The notes beneath the pieces were generated by a model. It ran no database searches and was not told where the DNA came from. It was given only the letters and a program-made list of their open reading frames with translations. From the NCBI GenBank assembly GCA_003693705.1, contig RBZT01000680.1:17481-81480 (forward strand): a DNA stretch of 64,000 nt, given 5' to 3'. The number at the start of each line of letters is the position of its first letter. Positions within the stretch are counted from its first letter, which is position 1. The position numbers and the translations under genes are program-made. The stretch comes from Polymyxa betae A26-41. Lineage: Eukaryota > Protista > Endomyxa: Phytomyxea. This document shows, one piece after another, positions 13,866 to 27,604 of the stretch.

Positions 13866-14700
13866 ATGTCCCGTGTTCGTTTAACCAATGAGCAGAAGCA
13901 ACCTAACTTCCAGTACAAAGCCAAACACCGTTCCATGTCTCATATGAGTCATATCGGACTCCCCAAATGGACAAAAAACGATTTCAAGATGGGGAAAGAC
14001 CTTCCGCAAGCTCAATCTGCACGTATATAAAAAAGCTTCTCATGAGCAGATGTCTGAGCATGAGCTGCCAGCCAAACGCCCAAGTATTGCCAAGGGTTCC
14101 GCTTTGGAAGAGACGTTAATGACTTGGATTATACAATATCAATATCCTCCTGTAGCTTTGACCTCCGAGATTATCAAGGCTGAAGGAAGAGAGCTGACAG
14201 AAGGTCTTAACGTTGACGAGAGGCTTTTAAAAGAGTTCAAATTCATTGTTGGTTAAGTTTATGACACGTCACGGACTTTGCTCTTTAATGTTACATCTCT
14301 AAAGTAGCTCTGTGAACTCAGAGGAATTGAAGAGACATCTCCCTGAATTAAAAGAAAATATTGCCAAGTATACTCGAAAGGACGCTTACAACATGGACGA
14401 GACCGGAAATTCTTCGTTCGCTGAGTGTCGGAAATGTTCGACTACCATCAACCGGACAGTTTACGCTAAGCCTGCAGACCGTTCCACAGTTCGTTGATTC
14501 TACAACCGCACAAAAGCCAAGACCCGATTAACGTTGGCGCTCACCGCAAATGCCACTGGCAACCAAAAGTTGCTGCCATAGGTTAATGGACATGCTGCAA
14601 AGCAAAAGATTAATACAACGCTCAGTTAGGGTTTATTACCGGAACAACAAACACGCTTGGATGACTGGGGAGATTTTTCACCTAGTTTCTCATGATGTTC
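13866..14700 (+). pseudogene. Tigger/pogo (CENP-B HTH + DDE_1) transposase remnant
   Basis: MSRVRLTNEQK, LEETLMTWI..LTSEIIKAEG (Tc5 HTH), YNMDETG, KTRLTLALTANATG. Confidence 0.8.
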
Positions 14701-15519
14701 GATAATGACATGGTAAACAAACCAGCTTCGCTTCTGTAATTTGCTTGGAAGTCTACCAATAAACAGGAAAAATGTTGAAAGAGAAAAAACACAATCAAGA
14801 CCTTGAGCATCAACATCGCAAATAATGGACCCAAAGCACAGATCTAGCATCAACATCATGACAGCAATCATTTACAAATCATTAGCGACACAAATTCAAA
14901 TCTGAATGAAAGTCAACAATTCCTGTTTGACTTTCCCAGTTGGATAGTGAGTGTGTGTCATCGTCTTTGGTGGCTGGTTTACAATTGTGATAAGAATTCT
15001 GCTTTCCGGATCGTCCATGAGCTCGGTAACTGTCTTGATAATGTTGCTGAATTCGTGAAAGTATCCACAGGAATAACGATAAGATTTGAACGCCGGTTGT
15101 TACATTTTAGACTTTATCAAAAACGCCTGTCTCAAATGGGCGAGAAAGACCAGAGTCATTTCTATCTCATTGCCATCTGTATATTCTGTAGTCTGTTGGA
15201 GCACATAGTCCGAGCTATGATCCTCAAGACTAATAAGGCTTTCACTATCGTCAATTCTTCTGTTTCTTGCTTCCAAGAACAAAAGCCATGTCTGCATTCT
15301 CCTTTTCAGAGGATGTCGTAGACCCGGTCAGCAATCTGAATGCGTTTTCAGGAATTGGCTTTGAACAGAGGTAATATAAATACAAAGGGTAACCATCGTT
15401 CTATAAAAGGCATGAATGAGTTGACCATAATACGTTTCAGGAGCTTCGCTCGCTGTAAGCTTATTCGGCTCGATAAATGTATCAACAGAACATATCCCGG
15501 AATATCTCACAGAATTCTT

Positions 15520-16300
15520 TCACGCCGCTGCTGGTCAGCATACTCGAATATCATGCTCAGCCATGTACTTGTGAAGGGCTTCGGTATGCTGCGGTCGCCA
15601 GCCGTAGTTTCCCTCGACAAGGGTTGGAATCGTCCTGACCATGAAGTGAAAGGGATAGGACAATACTACCAATAGCTGTCTCGGCCATCTGTCTGACCCC
15701 AAATGTACAGCAGGCTTCTCCCCGTGGGCCATTGGGTAATGGTATACCCTTTCAGGCAACTTGCTTTTCATCGGCGACGCGCCGGATGCCTGTTCTCGGC
15801 GACAAGAGTGTGATACCTTATCGACCGTCAAGGCAAGATACGTATCGATGTACGGGGCCACGCGAGAACTTTTGTGGCTGCGCGAGCTCCTAAACGCGTT
15901 GGGCTCTCAGCAACGTGTGGCGTCATTTTTTCATGAAGTTGACAGCAGCACAGCCGCACTACCAAAAGATAGGTGTGGGCCGGCGTTTTTAAGCGCCTTG
16001 ATGTTCGTTTTTATGTTTCAGCATTTTTTGCCATCCGATAAGATGCTCGCTGATAATCCAACGAATGCTTTTTTCGCCACGTAATTCCTTTGTCTCCGCG
16101 AGACCATTGGCAAGATAGGGGTCCATGGTTGAGACGGGGTGTTGGCCTGAGGGAGCGCCCGAGGCCTCGAGCCTGTAGTTAATTGCAGCGTTAATAACAA
16201 AATTGCTATCTCCCAGAATTCGATATCAATCCTGCCAAGGTTCTTCTCTTGGTCGGAGTTTAATAGCGCCTTACTCGATATTGAAACCCCCCTTTCGATA
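15520..16300 (+). mobile_element. Copia RT/RNase H remnant with PPT and probable 3' LTR (from 16140)
   Basis: LSTVKARYVSM..ATRELLWLRELL, MLADNPT; purine tract GAGACGGGG immediately before TGTTGG. Confidence 0.65.
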
Positions 16301-16461
16301 GGCAACATATAGCGAAAACCTGAAGAACGATAGTCTGAAGAAAATTCTTGTCTGAGGGACAATGCCAGAGCAGCGATTTTGGCCTCACTTTTACGTCAAC
16401 GTCTTCGCCGACAGTCCTGGATTAAATAAGCGAGAGAGTCACGCGCGGGGTCTGCCCAGCG

Positions 16462-17460
16462 ATGAGCTCCGATTATATCATGGTGTTTATTGATGACAAG
16501 ATGTTGCCCGAGGGGGACATCACAGTGGCGAAGGCCATATATCGGAATCTAGCAGGCCCTGTTCTTGATATTCTCACGAAGCGGCCAGTACGTTCGACCG
16601 AAACGTGGAGCGACCCGGAAACTGATATCGGTTTCTGGTTGCGAGATCGAGAATGCATCTGGCTCACGGTTAACCATTGCCGTACCTCGAACTGTGCACT
16701 CGATGCTGGGTCGAGTTCCGGGCGCGGGGGAGCGTACGTTTTTCATCGGCAGCTCTGGCGGTCTGGCATACCACGAATGTTGAGCAACGTCAAGAACCTG
16801 TATGAATGGCTCCTATGAATTGATCTCCGGGACTATCAGTCACGGAGGTGTCCAACCTTCTCACTAATGAACTGATAAAAGGTTGGATCTCGTTCCTGTC
16901 GCGAAACCTCAAGGCGGGCTATCAGCTATGGGCCATGTTCCTGTTCCACATCGTGCTGATGCTGCGGTCGAAGGAAGGGCGCTTCGACGACTCCATCCCG
17001 TGTCTAGCGATGGTCAGCCAGACTACTGGAGATCGAATGACCGTCGGAGTGCTCTTCAAGGGCAAGACCGACGAGTCGCTTAAGTACCTGTTCATCCACC
17101 GGAATGATGAGATTCCGCAGCTGTGCATGATCCAGCATCTGCTGGGATGGATTCGCTTCTCCGGAAAGACCGAAGGATACTTATTCCCGGTCGCGAAGGG
17201 CATCCCTTGCCAGTGTGTGACTTGTAATTCCAAATAGTGGGGAATTCTTTGGAAAAAAACAGATTTTTATTAAAATCTAAAATGCGATTTAAGGAGCGGT
17301 CACCCGTCCTGGTGCTTTGGGGATGAACACCATGCGCAAGACGGGATACATTCTGGCGCTCTGGGTTGAGGGCGACATGTCCAGATTATGCTGTTGGCTC
17401 GCCATAAGAGCCTCAATTTTGCGAAGCGACATTGCTCGGAACGCTGACGATGATTGAGAT
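16462..17460 (+). pseudogene. Crypton-like tyrosine recombinase
   Basis: LMLRSKE (catalytic Arg), FKGKTD (Lys), YLFP, NTMRKTGY (HxxR equivalent), ARHK. Probable intron at about 17213-17292. Confidence 0.7.
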
Positions 17461-18299
17461 CGCCTAACGTTAGGAGTATGTTCACTCAGATTGTACATTT
17501 TCTTTCAACTTTTTTAGTGACGATTTGCTGCTGAGATCTAATTTAAGTTGCGCCAGATTTATATCCACAGCCCCAGTCCGGTCATGGCCGTCACGATCAA
17601 TGCGCAGGATCATGCAGGTTTTCTCTTGGTTTGCGACCAAATTCGTCTTAAATTGGGAGTTCAGCTTGGATTGTGATTGCACAATCCAAAGAACGGACCT
17701 AGGAAGAGTTGAATGTTGAGGTTGTTGACAAAGTAACAATCATTGTGTGTATTTTTTTCATCGGTTTTGAGGCGTATTGAAGATATTTCGGCTTTTCGTC
17801 TGGGACTGTATGCAGTCCCACAAAGCTTGATCAGGAATGACAAGGTCGCATTCTATTACGCCCCATCGAATTGACGTTCATGTATCGTTTTGTGCATGAT
17901 AACTGCAGTAAACAATAGATTTTTGGCGCAGTTGTAGGTTTGGTGGAAGTATCCTATAGCATTTTCTCTGTCGATAAATATTCCAGTACAATTTCGCAAG
18001 TTGTGAAAATTTCAAGTTGATATCTAATGTTACTGTGCTTTGTGCGATTTTCCGTTCAGTTGTTGTTGCTAATGGCGATGCATCCCTGGTTTTTTCAAAA
18101 TTTGGAGAGGTCCCTTGAGTGCAGAGCTGAATTCACCCAGAAAATTGCCTGAACCATTTTTCTTCCTTAATTAAAGCTGCACTGATATCGATGTACTCGA
18201 TTTTAGTGGGGAAAACGATGTAGACGGTTGTAGCTTCGATTTCCAGACACTAGAGCCGCCGGCCATTTGGTCGACCTTCGGGTATCAGGGTCTCCTTCC

Positions 18300-19250
18300 C
18301 AACCGGCTTCAGACAATTTTGCTTGGTATTTCCCGCTGTATACGACACCCCAGTTTTGCTTTCCAGAAAGATTACGAAGAGATCGTTTTGCCGCCCGCCA
18401 TTGCTGGGGCCGTTAGTGCTGAGTGTGAATAGGCGTTGTTAGGACGAGGGAAAGAAGTCCTGATACTAATGCGAATTAACTAAAGAAAACTGTGCTTTAT
18501 CAACTCAACAAACAATGGAACCGAAATAAGGAAGGTAAGGCGACGAGGCAGTGGTGATGTCCGGGCGAGTAATCGGGACGAGTATAGTTGACATCTTGCG
18601 GAGCGGGAGCAGAAGGGACGGAGACGTTGGGTCGGAAATAGGAGAAACGGGGACGCGGGACTGGGACCGGGGCGCTGGACTGGGGCCAGGTGATGGCATG
18701 AACGGGATGAGAGCCAGGAGGAGGTCCGGAGGACGGAGACGATTTCGAGGGGAAGAGGGAGACAGAGGAGGCAGGAGGTGAAGACGATGAGGAAGGCGTT
18801 GATCGTAATGCGAGGGGTGCGAGCGGGTCCGCAACTGTGTGGGCCCGAGGGGTTGGAGGCTCCGCCAGAGGCCGCGCCCGTTGGAAGATTCCAACGGCTT
18901 CGTGTCCATGCTCGTAGAGCATGACAGGCGTCCTATACTAGTGGAGATATCTCGTCGACAGTTGGTGGCAAGCCAGCTGACGCTGCCGACAAGCTCCGCA
19001 TTGGGAATTCTTCTCATTTCGTTTTCTTTTGATCGGTGTGTGTTTCCCCTTGTTGCGCTTTGAGGTCGTGACAGATAACCCAGAGCTGTTCTGTTTCGTC
19101 TATATTGCAGTGGAAGGCACTGACTCAAAAAATAAGGTGTCGACGTCCAATACCATTGCAAGAGTTTTCAGAAGCGACAATAAATTCTCCTTTGAAAAGA
19201 TATTTCTTCCTATGCTAGCCCCAGTATAATTGGCCTTGACTTTAGCTTAG
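18300..19250 (-). pseudogene. Copia reverse transcriptase remnant split by a solo LTR
   Basis: IPNAELVGSVSWLATNCRRDISTSIGR, then after the LTR WRAAKRSLRNLSGKQNWGVVYSG. Confidence 0.7.
18437..18926 (-). repeat. Solo LTR with 5-bp TSD GGCGT
   Basis: Minus strand TGTCATGC...CCTAACA; GGCGT at 18432-18436 and 18927-18931. Confidence 0.85.
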
Positions 19251-19503
19251 GAACAAATGTATTGTTCATATAGCATACCCGCTGTGACTGGGATTCTCCT
19301 AAAAAACCTGTATTCCAGACAAATTTAAGGATAGCATAGCAGTTACAGTGCCAGGTGGAGATGCTCGAACAAAAAATTCACCTGTTCTGGAGAATCGACC
19401 ACTTCCAAAGGTTATGGTGGATTTTTGATAACAAAAAAATCACCTTTTCATCCACGTTAAATATTAGAAAATTTACTGCGCAGACTGGGTTCACAAGCTT
19501 GTC

Positions 19504-21350
19504 ATGAAGAGATTTCTGCTCTCCAACCCTGCCAATCAACGATGGGTGGAAGCCCAGGAACGACCCAAACTAGGACGTACGAACTTCGATCACGTTGCCA
19601 GTTTCGTGCGTCACGAGATGTTTCCTGAGCTACATCTGCAGTCCTTGCAGCCGATTCTGCAGAGTACAATATCATCTAAGGGCAATGTTCCATATGAAAT
19701 CGTGATCGAGGCGCGCCAGCGGCAGTTACATCGGCAATTAATGAACGAGATCTTAAATTCGACGATGGTCCGTAAAACGTCGGCACGCAATCATCTGATG
19801 CCTACCGGACGATGACATGGGAAAAACGATCCAAAGCCGTTTTCTTTTATCTTCACGGTTCACTTGGATGTTTGGATATTGAGCTTACATGCTGGATATC
19901 CAGTATCAGCATAAGCACTTTCAGTAATTTGGTAAAGCAGAAGCAATACTACGAGAAATGGTATCACATTGTTTACTCGCTCTCTGTATCAGATATCTTA
20001 CTCACAATTCCGTCTTCGTTCCGTGGGAAAGTATGATTCTGTTGATCCATCAAGCTCAATCATGATCCGAAATATCAAGTCAGCCGTTCCGGAAAGAAAT
20101 ACGTTTCGTCTCTCTCGTCAGGAAATCGCCAACAAGCAAGATGTGCAATACGAATGACAATGAAATTTACATGCGCAAAGATACAAAAACATCTGGATCT
20201 GGAAGGAAGGTGAAATACGAAGAGCAAGAGTTTACAATGCAGCAAGTGATTGAACGTTGGGAAACGGGCAGTCCTCTGAGTAAATCTTTTGCAAATGATT
20301 TTCTGACAGTCAAATTCTGACACGAAAACGAAGCAGACCGGACAGAATGGGAAGCTGAAAATGGGCGTCCACATTGGAAGCATCACACCAGGCGTCTCAC
20401 AATGGTTCAGTAGAGTTATTTCAAGGCATCGTTTTCTATTCGCAAAGTTTCAATTTTTGTCAGTCAGTTCCCGTCAATTGGCTTCAGATTGGCGTAGAAG
20501 CTACATCCCTTACCCGGAAGCAAATGGCGTCTGTCGGAGTAAAGCGCTTGGCTAATGCTGACAAAATGTTTCTTAAATTCTATCCCAAGGATTCACATCT
20601 GATCGGCCCTACGAACGTCTATCGTGTTGGACTAAATCGAGGAGAGGATGATACGAAGGGCTGCACAGTAATGGTCTCTTGCGAAATGTTTGAGTCCCGC
20701 ATGATGGCGCCATACATTATCATAACCGTAGTTCGCAACGGTACACTCTCTCGTCGATTTGCCATTTGGGACGGATCCAGCAAGGTAACATTTCATCCAA
20801 AACACTGGACGGACAATGAAGGGTGCTGCCTTTATCTAGAATGACTACGTTGTTGTTATCATGACTAGAAGCTGGGGCTGATTTGGGATGTAGCCACCAG
20901 TCATTTCTCTGAGCAGGTTGTCAACAAAGCTGCTGCTTTGGGTATCACTTTGGGCCGATTTCCACCTGGCTGTACAAGTTTCATTCAAATTTGCGATTTG
21001 ATGTACAACCAGGCGGAAATCGGCCCAAAGTGATTCCCAAAGCAGCAGCTTTGTCCAGGGCTGCTTCTTCACATCTTCGTCTGCAGTTGTCTTGGGCACA
21101 TACGCTGTAGGCTTAAGTTGGATCAGAGCGTGCTCTGACCCTGGGCCTGGACAGAAGTGCAAGGTTGATCGCAAGAATATCATTCAATGACTTGAAGGAG
21201 CGATAGAAGAAGTGGACTGCAATCTTTCGCTTGTTTCCCGTATCTCTAAAGCTTTTTTGACGTACGGCCAGGATTACCGTTCCCAAGATCAAACCGCCTT
21301 CTTGGAGTTTCTTATTAAACACGAAGCGAATGGGGTTTATAATAAGTCAC
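19504..21350 (+). pseudogene. pogo-like DDE_1 transposase with long N-terminal extension
   Basis: SQWFSRVISRHRF, ANADKMF, GCTVMVS, HPKHWTD, LGLIWDVATSH. Multiple frameshifts. Confidence 0.75.
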
Positions 21351-21599
21351 CCTTAGAAAATCAGCAACGTATAAACTTTCAATGATCAAAATGTGCTATT
21401 GAAATCTAACAATCAGTCTTAACCCGTATTTTAATACAGTAGAAGCTTTTCTGTCAGTTTTGTGTTTTGAAAGTGCCCTAACAACTTAACAAAAAAATCA
21501 CTATTTCTTGGCAAATATGAACCACTTATAATATTAAGAGACTCACTTTGCGAAATCGGCCAAGGTGTATATATATTTGTTCAGTACGGTTGCGAGTAC

Positions 21600-22990
21600 A
21601 TACGCGACAAGGTGGAAGGTGCCTATTTAGTTGTCTGCTCAAATTCAAATTGTTTGGCTTTCTAGACGCCACCACGGAGAGGTTAGGCAAAAACGCACGG
21701 TGTTCGTCCTTCTCCAATCCAAGTACAGAGAAATCGGAGTCAGCCGATGAAGTGTTAGTATAAACGGTGATAGGGTCTCAGCAAAAACGCTCGAACGACA
21801 GGAAACCGTCCCTTTACAATGTCCCAGTGCTTCTCAAACAAAAACCATTGCTTTCATCATGCGTAGCATTCAATATAGTTCTGCGTGATAAGCTCCAAAC
21901 AGCTGTATCAGTTCCGAGATAATTTGAAGTCAAAGTTTTGGAGAGCGTTAATGGTATCGTACAAGCAAAGTCAGAAATCTCACTCACGAAGCTTACTTTG
22001 ATACGCAGGCAGCACCGATGACTGTGCAGGGAGCAGGATTACAAGGAACGGTTATTGCAGTTAGAGTCAGCAAAGCTGCAATTCAGCAATGCTGATGCGA
22101 CTAGAGCCGCAAAGACGACAATGGTAGCAGATCGGATGAAAGCTGGCATTCCTTGGGAAGACATCAAAAAATCAATCAACTTAGTATTTCAATAAACTAC
22201 CTACACAATACCCCCCAACTGTAGCATCTGCTTGTGGATCTTATCTCCAAACTGCCTCGGTTATTCCGATTTGATGCAACCTCGCAATCTCGGCGTCGTG
22301 TCGGTCAATCTCATGAGCTCGGCGTTCTTTGAATCTGGTGATTTTGTCGTCATCCAATCGCCGACTGTTAATCATGTTGTGAAGATCAAAGCTCGTCGTG
22401 ACCCAGATGTCTTCCTGCTTGTTGATGCAAACCTGCAGACCACGCATTGACTGCCAATGTCCTTTCAGTATCCCGCTACCATGTCCAGAAACGACCCGTG
22501 CTTGTGAAAGCATTTTTGAAGGCTTCATTCTTGGTCAAATATTAAAGCAACATTCATCGAATATTGGCATTTTCGACTCCAATAAACCTCTCCTAGGAGC
22601 GCTGGGCGTCGGAACAATACAACATGAGTGCGGTGGACGCAAAATGGAGACCCGAGATCGATGGCACACGATCCTTTATTGGTGATTGTAGAAAAGAAGT
22701 TGTCAGGAGTCGGTAGCAAGAAGACTGGTTTTGGTTGGGCGTGTGAGGCTTCACAAATTCGCAAGGCGTGTGCCTTGGACAGCACGACGAGGCCGCAACC
22801 ACCTGCTGGCACGAGTACTTACCGCGGACATTCGCGGTGGAGACTCGGCGATGATGGATTTTGGCTCCAAAATTATCGTGGCCACGACAATGAGTGCCGT
22901 CAGTTGATAGAATCCAACTCGAATCTCTGGTGGTCGAAATTGGCCTCTGCTGTCGCTCCCGTTCATCTGGCCAAAAAAATCCATTTCTAA
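21600..22990. mobile_element. Harbinger remnant: accessory ORF (+, ends ~22194) convergent with a HARBI1-like transposase (-, ~22230-22980)
   Basis: Minus strand: VHRTHVVLFRRP..GEVYWSRKCQYSMN, LSQARVVSGHGSGILKGHWQSMR. Plus strand: ...RMKAGIPWEDIKKSINL tail. Confidence 0.65.
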
Positions 22991-23199
22991 GCCTGCAAGT
23001 TCATTGCAGCGATAACGCGTTTCGTATACAACGCAACAGTCCCATATCCGACGCCATTTGCCCGAGCCACTTTTCCCAACGACGACCCATTGCCAGAGTG
23101 CCTCATTCGATCTGATGCGCACGACAACTGGACCCACACCTCCCTTTGTGGAATCGCAGAATTGTTGTGGAAAACAGGGCAATCTGAACCGCTAACAAA

Positions 23200-24700
23200 C
23201 GATTAGATTCGCAAGCAATTAAACGGTTACAGGAAGCCAATAATTACCCTGTATACAATTTTCAAATGAGAGCAAATGTCTCCAAGCAACATCGAAGTTC
23301 TTGCTTGAAATCTGTGACATCCAGGTAGGGGAGCAGTCGTAAGGCTCCCAGAACTTTGGGCAACTTGCAACGAGGAGCCACATAGCGAAGCAAAGCATGA
23401 TATCATTCACAACGTGACTTTACGAATTTGTCCGAAATTTGAATTACAGCAATAAATCGCAACAGTTTATTGACCGACTGCTGTATCCTAATGGGGTTGC
23501 GACAATACTTAGCCTGATAAAAAGCATGTTGCATCAAGAGCAGCTGGCCAACTGCAGGCATTGATCAGCGTTTGCAACAGACCACACGAATCGATTCTCG
23601 TGTCATAATAAAGAAAGATAGTCTGCTACTTGAAGTTGGAAAGCGCGCCATCTTTAATTCCTTCGCACTGAGATTCTGCTTTAATGGCGTGCTTTTTTGG
23701 CATTTAAAGCAGGCGTTTAAGGCGTCGGAATGCGCAGCTTTGATACCCCCTATTGATTCGATGTCCAAACTCCCACAGTGAAATTGTCCGGCAGTTGGAT
23801 AACTGGCTCTGGGCCCAGGGTGCCTTCTGCTTCTGTCATGTCATATTATTGAGAATATCGATGAGAAAAACATGGATCTCACTTTCCAGCTCCCTCGTTA
23901 ACAAACTACGATTCTAAAGCAGCGAGATAGGTGATGCGAACGAACAAGCCAAACACAGCAGCGGCAACTGGCCAATACCATTCTGCTGGCCTGACCTAAT
24001 GGTCACAACGAGTAGAAAAGAATGCATGCCGCTGTTGGAAACTGTGGAAGTGCCAGTGAGCCCAGTTTCCCGTGGCAAGCCAACGTGTGCTAAATTTTGG
24101 GGCATCGTTGTCCTTCCATCTTGTGAACCCGCAAGCTGAAACCACAAGTTAGTGGCAGCAATTTTTCCATCCGCCAGAGGCATGCTGGAATCACAAAGGG
24201 CAAACCACAATGAGTTAATGACCCATCATGAAGATTTTCCCCAATACAGCTAGGGATGGAACCATCCCACAGCCCCAAATCTATATCGAATTCGCGTTCT
24301 GATCATGAGCTCTCCCTATTAGAAGGCTACATCATAAAAACAGGGTTTACTGACATCCACTTTCCAATAATAAACGGAAGAACAATGACACCCACTTTGT
24401 GGTTCTGTGACTGAAACTAGACTTGAGAAGTGGGTGTATATTGTTTGAAATCTTTGGTCTTCCGCAGCAAGGCTTCAAATATCGCCTTTCGGCTAACATT
24501 GGATAAGTTGACTTTCTCAGACCCTCTTGTTTCCATCTCCAACCACGCAGGGCGATGATGCTGCAAATTTCGAACGTGGCGGGAGATTTCCCCGGGTTCA
24601 CCCCGGAACCTCAGTTTTGGAGGGTCATGGCGCAGCCTCTATTAACCCCCATCTAGAAATAAGGATACCTCCAGAAAGCTCGTCAGTAGAACGCGGTTTG
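23200..24700 (-). pseudogene. Highly degraded hAT-like transposase of the same type as 5780-7400
   Basis: RHVRNLQHHRPAW, CPKFSTRW, PAEWYWP, FDVAW fragments. Confidence 0.4.
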
Positions 24701-24784
24701 TTATTCCACGGGGTTTTGAAATTTTTCTCTTCTTAAGTTTTCAGAAGTGCGCAAATCGGACTATCATTTTTGAACTGAGGGAGT

Positions 24785-27135
24785 TAGGGGAGTCCAAAGT
24801 TCGGTTAACGGTTAACCGGTTCATCCGCATCGGCGATACCTCGGATCATCGGTTCGGTTAATTCACCGGTTTAACCTCGGTTTAACCGGTTAACCACTGA
24901 AATTTCAAAATCCAAATACACGAATCAAACTCATTAATAACCGGTTAAAATTAATAAAGTCCAAAATAAACAAATCAAACTCCGTTTTATTATTTACTTG
25001 AAATTTCCAAGCAGGCGGTTCCATGAGCGGACTTTCATCATGATTGATATATTTTCGTCTGAGAGTGAGCTACGGTCGGCACTGACGGAATCTCCACTGT
25101 CAGAGAAAGCAGATTCTGATGCGACCGATGATCCCGGCATCATTAGCACGTCCCGAGCTAAAAGACTCAGCTTGGGGAAACGTCCGGATTGCTGTTTCCA
25201 CCAAATTACGGAACATTTACAGGAGCGATCAGGCTTCAGCGTCATCATCGCGTAGTCCTCCACTTCGTCCGTAGAATTATCCTCAGGTCCGCTGGTAGCC
25301 GTAAACAAGTTAAACGATATGTCGGCTTTTTCATCGGAATAGATGACATAATCGTACTCGGCAACCATAATGTCTCGAATTTTTAGCTTAATTTCTACGG
25401 GGGCAACTTGACTGCTCTGCCGTGGATCTAAAAATAATGTAATAGAGGCGGTGTCATTATTCAGGTTCTGTTGATATTTCTCAAGCTTGGTCAACATTGA
25501 TGAAGCAGCTTGCTTGACTGTAGGAGTTGTAAATCCTGTTGATGTAGTTCCAGCAATGGTTTCCAGGCACAGTTTTTTAAGATGCTGATATATCAAAGGT
25601 TTCATAGCGAGAGTGACATAATTTTTCCCACTTGCTGCGTTTGTACATTGAAACGCTTATTCCAGGAAATCTTTTGATGACTTCAAAACACGCCAATTCA
25701 AATCACTCATTTTCATAGAATCAAGCCGTTCTTTAAACTCCGCTTGATTGCAAACCGCTTCAAGAATATCACGATTTTTTAAGCAATTATCAATCATCAA
25801 GAATGTTGAGTTCCAACGTGTTTCGACATCGATATTTGGCACATTTTGAATGAAGGGTCGTCCAAAGACAACGGTGAGATCAGCATACTTTTGACGCATA
25901 AGGCCAGCTCCTCTAATCATCTTGAGAAGGTCTTTTAGCATCGAAATTTCACGCTTGATCAGTTTTGTAGCATCAACAACAGCTCGATTGATTACGTGAC
26001 AAATACAGCGGATATGGGACTCATCTGATGAAGGGGCAGATTCAACTGTAACGTAGTATTCAAGTATGCGCGGACATTTTTCATTGCAGGAATCATTTCT
26101 CCCCCGCTGTCAGACGTGACAGCAACGACACGAGTGTGAAGCTTGAAATCTTCAAGAACGGAGATAATCAGCTCAGAAGTAGTATGCTGATTGTGAGGAG
26201 GAGGAAAATGTTTAAATTCTAAAACAGCATTTTTCAACACCAATCGGCGTCAATCCAATGAAGAGTAATCACAAAGTAGCCCCTCATGACCCTCGATGAC
26301 CATCCGTCAAGCGTCAGAGCTACGCGTCCTGGAATGTCGTTGATTCTCGAGGTAAACTTGAGTAACGATTCCTGATATTGTTCATGTAACGCGCGTCCAA
26401 GCGTGCTCCGACTGGGAAGCGAATAATGCCGATTTAAAGACTTGCAGAAAGCAACAAAAGCATTTGATTCGACCAACGAAAAAGGCTGCTTGTTATCGAC
26501 AATGAATCCGATAAGGTGTTTCAGAATTGAAGCTTTGGTGTTATCGTCAACTTCAAAGGGGTCGGCAACTTGACCTGAGGCGATCAAGATGCAGTGGTTT
26601 TCGTCGCCAGTTTTTCCGTCTTGCTCAATTTTGTGTGAAACGGCCAGATGACGCTTCAGTGTGCTAACACCGGTACTGGCTGCATATGATATATGATTTT
26701 TGGTACATTGAGTGCAGAAAACTCGTCCATCTCGTCTGTTGTAATAAGACCACACCCACGAAGAGTATGCGGAAATTTTACGTTTACGACCTGTTTTCGT
26801 GTAGCTGCTGTGTGTAGCCCTTCATTCGACCCAGATACCTGTGACGAAGCAACAATGCCGCGCTGTTGGACGGCCGATGCAGCGCGGTCCTGAGATTCAG
26901 GCTCCGATTCCGAGAGACTACTACTGGGAGAGAACCCACTGTAATCGGTCATTGAAGAACAGAGAAAGGAGATGAATGAGAAAGAAATCGATGAAATGCC
27001 GCATGCGCAGTTTATGAATTTTTTACCCGGCTAACCGATCGGTTAATCGGTTAGGAGAAAACCATGAACTGGTTAACCGGTTCGCGCGGTTAACCGGTTA
27101 ACCGATTCTTTTGAACCGAACTTTGGACAATCCTA
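24785..27135 (-). mobile_element. Full-length hAT DNA transposon
   Basis: 22-bp TIRs TAGGGGAGTCCAAAGTTCGGTT / TAGGATTGTCCAAAGTTCGGTT; 8-bp TSD GAGGGAGT (24777-24784) / GATGGAGT (27136-27143); subterminal GGTTAACC arrays. Confidence 0.92.
24994..26952 (-). pseudogene. hAT transposase (BED finger, catalytic core, hATC dimerisation domain), frameshifted
   Basis: WSYY..C..C..STLKRHL..H, LTLDGWSS, VTSDSG, DVETRWNST, WWK..RFPKLSLLARDVLMMPGSSVASESAFS. Confidence 0.92.
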
Positions 27136-27143
27136 GATGGAGT

Positions 27144-27600
27144 ATATCGTAAAATCAGGGGAATATTCGTCGAATATCCAGCGCCAGTCATTAAAACACG
27201 TCCAGAATCAGGCTTATATAATTCCATACACTACCTCCCCCAAGGCAAATTTATGCAGGAAGGTAGAAAATTTGTGAAATTGCATATGTAGAAACACCAG
27301 TAAAACCGCCCGCATCAAACCCTGTGGGATAAATATTGGTTTTGGAAAAAAGGTCTACTTACTAACAGGTCCACGCACTTTCATTAATGATGCGTCTATA
27401 ATGGGTAAAAATGGGTGATTTGGATAATACTTCACGAAGTTATGGATAGCACTTGGCGAAAGTTTTTGGATAATTTTTCCTGGGCACCAGGTATTTTCTA
27501 GATCGGAAGGTCCTCTCCATTGTACCTGGTATTCAACATCAGTACAAGTTGCATTTTGTCTAGCATCACGGATTTTCTCAACCTGTTGATTAGACATGTC
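27144..27600 (-). mobile_element. Chromovirus 3' end: chromodomain, PPT and start of 3' LTR
   Basis: VEKIRDAR..VEYQVQWRG..ENTWCP; PPT GGGGGAGGTAG (27241-27231) then TGTATGG at 27230. The LTR is interrupted by the hAT element. Confidence 0.75.
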
Positions 27601-27604
27601 ATAT

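Noticed and set aside
14720-15510. Possible host gene fragments (also 9200-9800, 12300-13200, 17520-18250, 52400-52960)
   Set aside because: No recognisable motif or consistent frame; left unannotated.
18500-18922. Pro/Ser-rich ORFs as real proteins (also 54405-54996)
   Set aside because: They are chance frames across GC-rich solo LTRs.
27355-27597. Chromodomain fused to a hAT-like DNA transposase
   Set aside because: It joins in frame to gypsy integrase across the piggyBac-like insertion and is followed by a PPT and LTR start.
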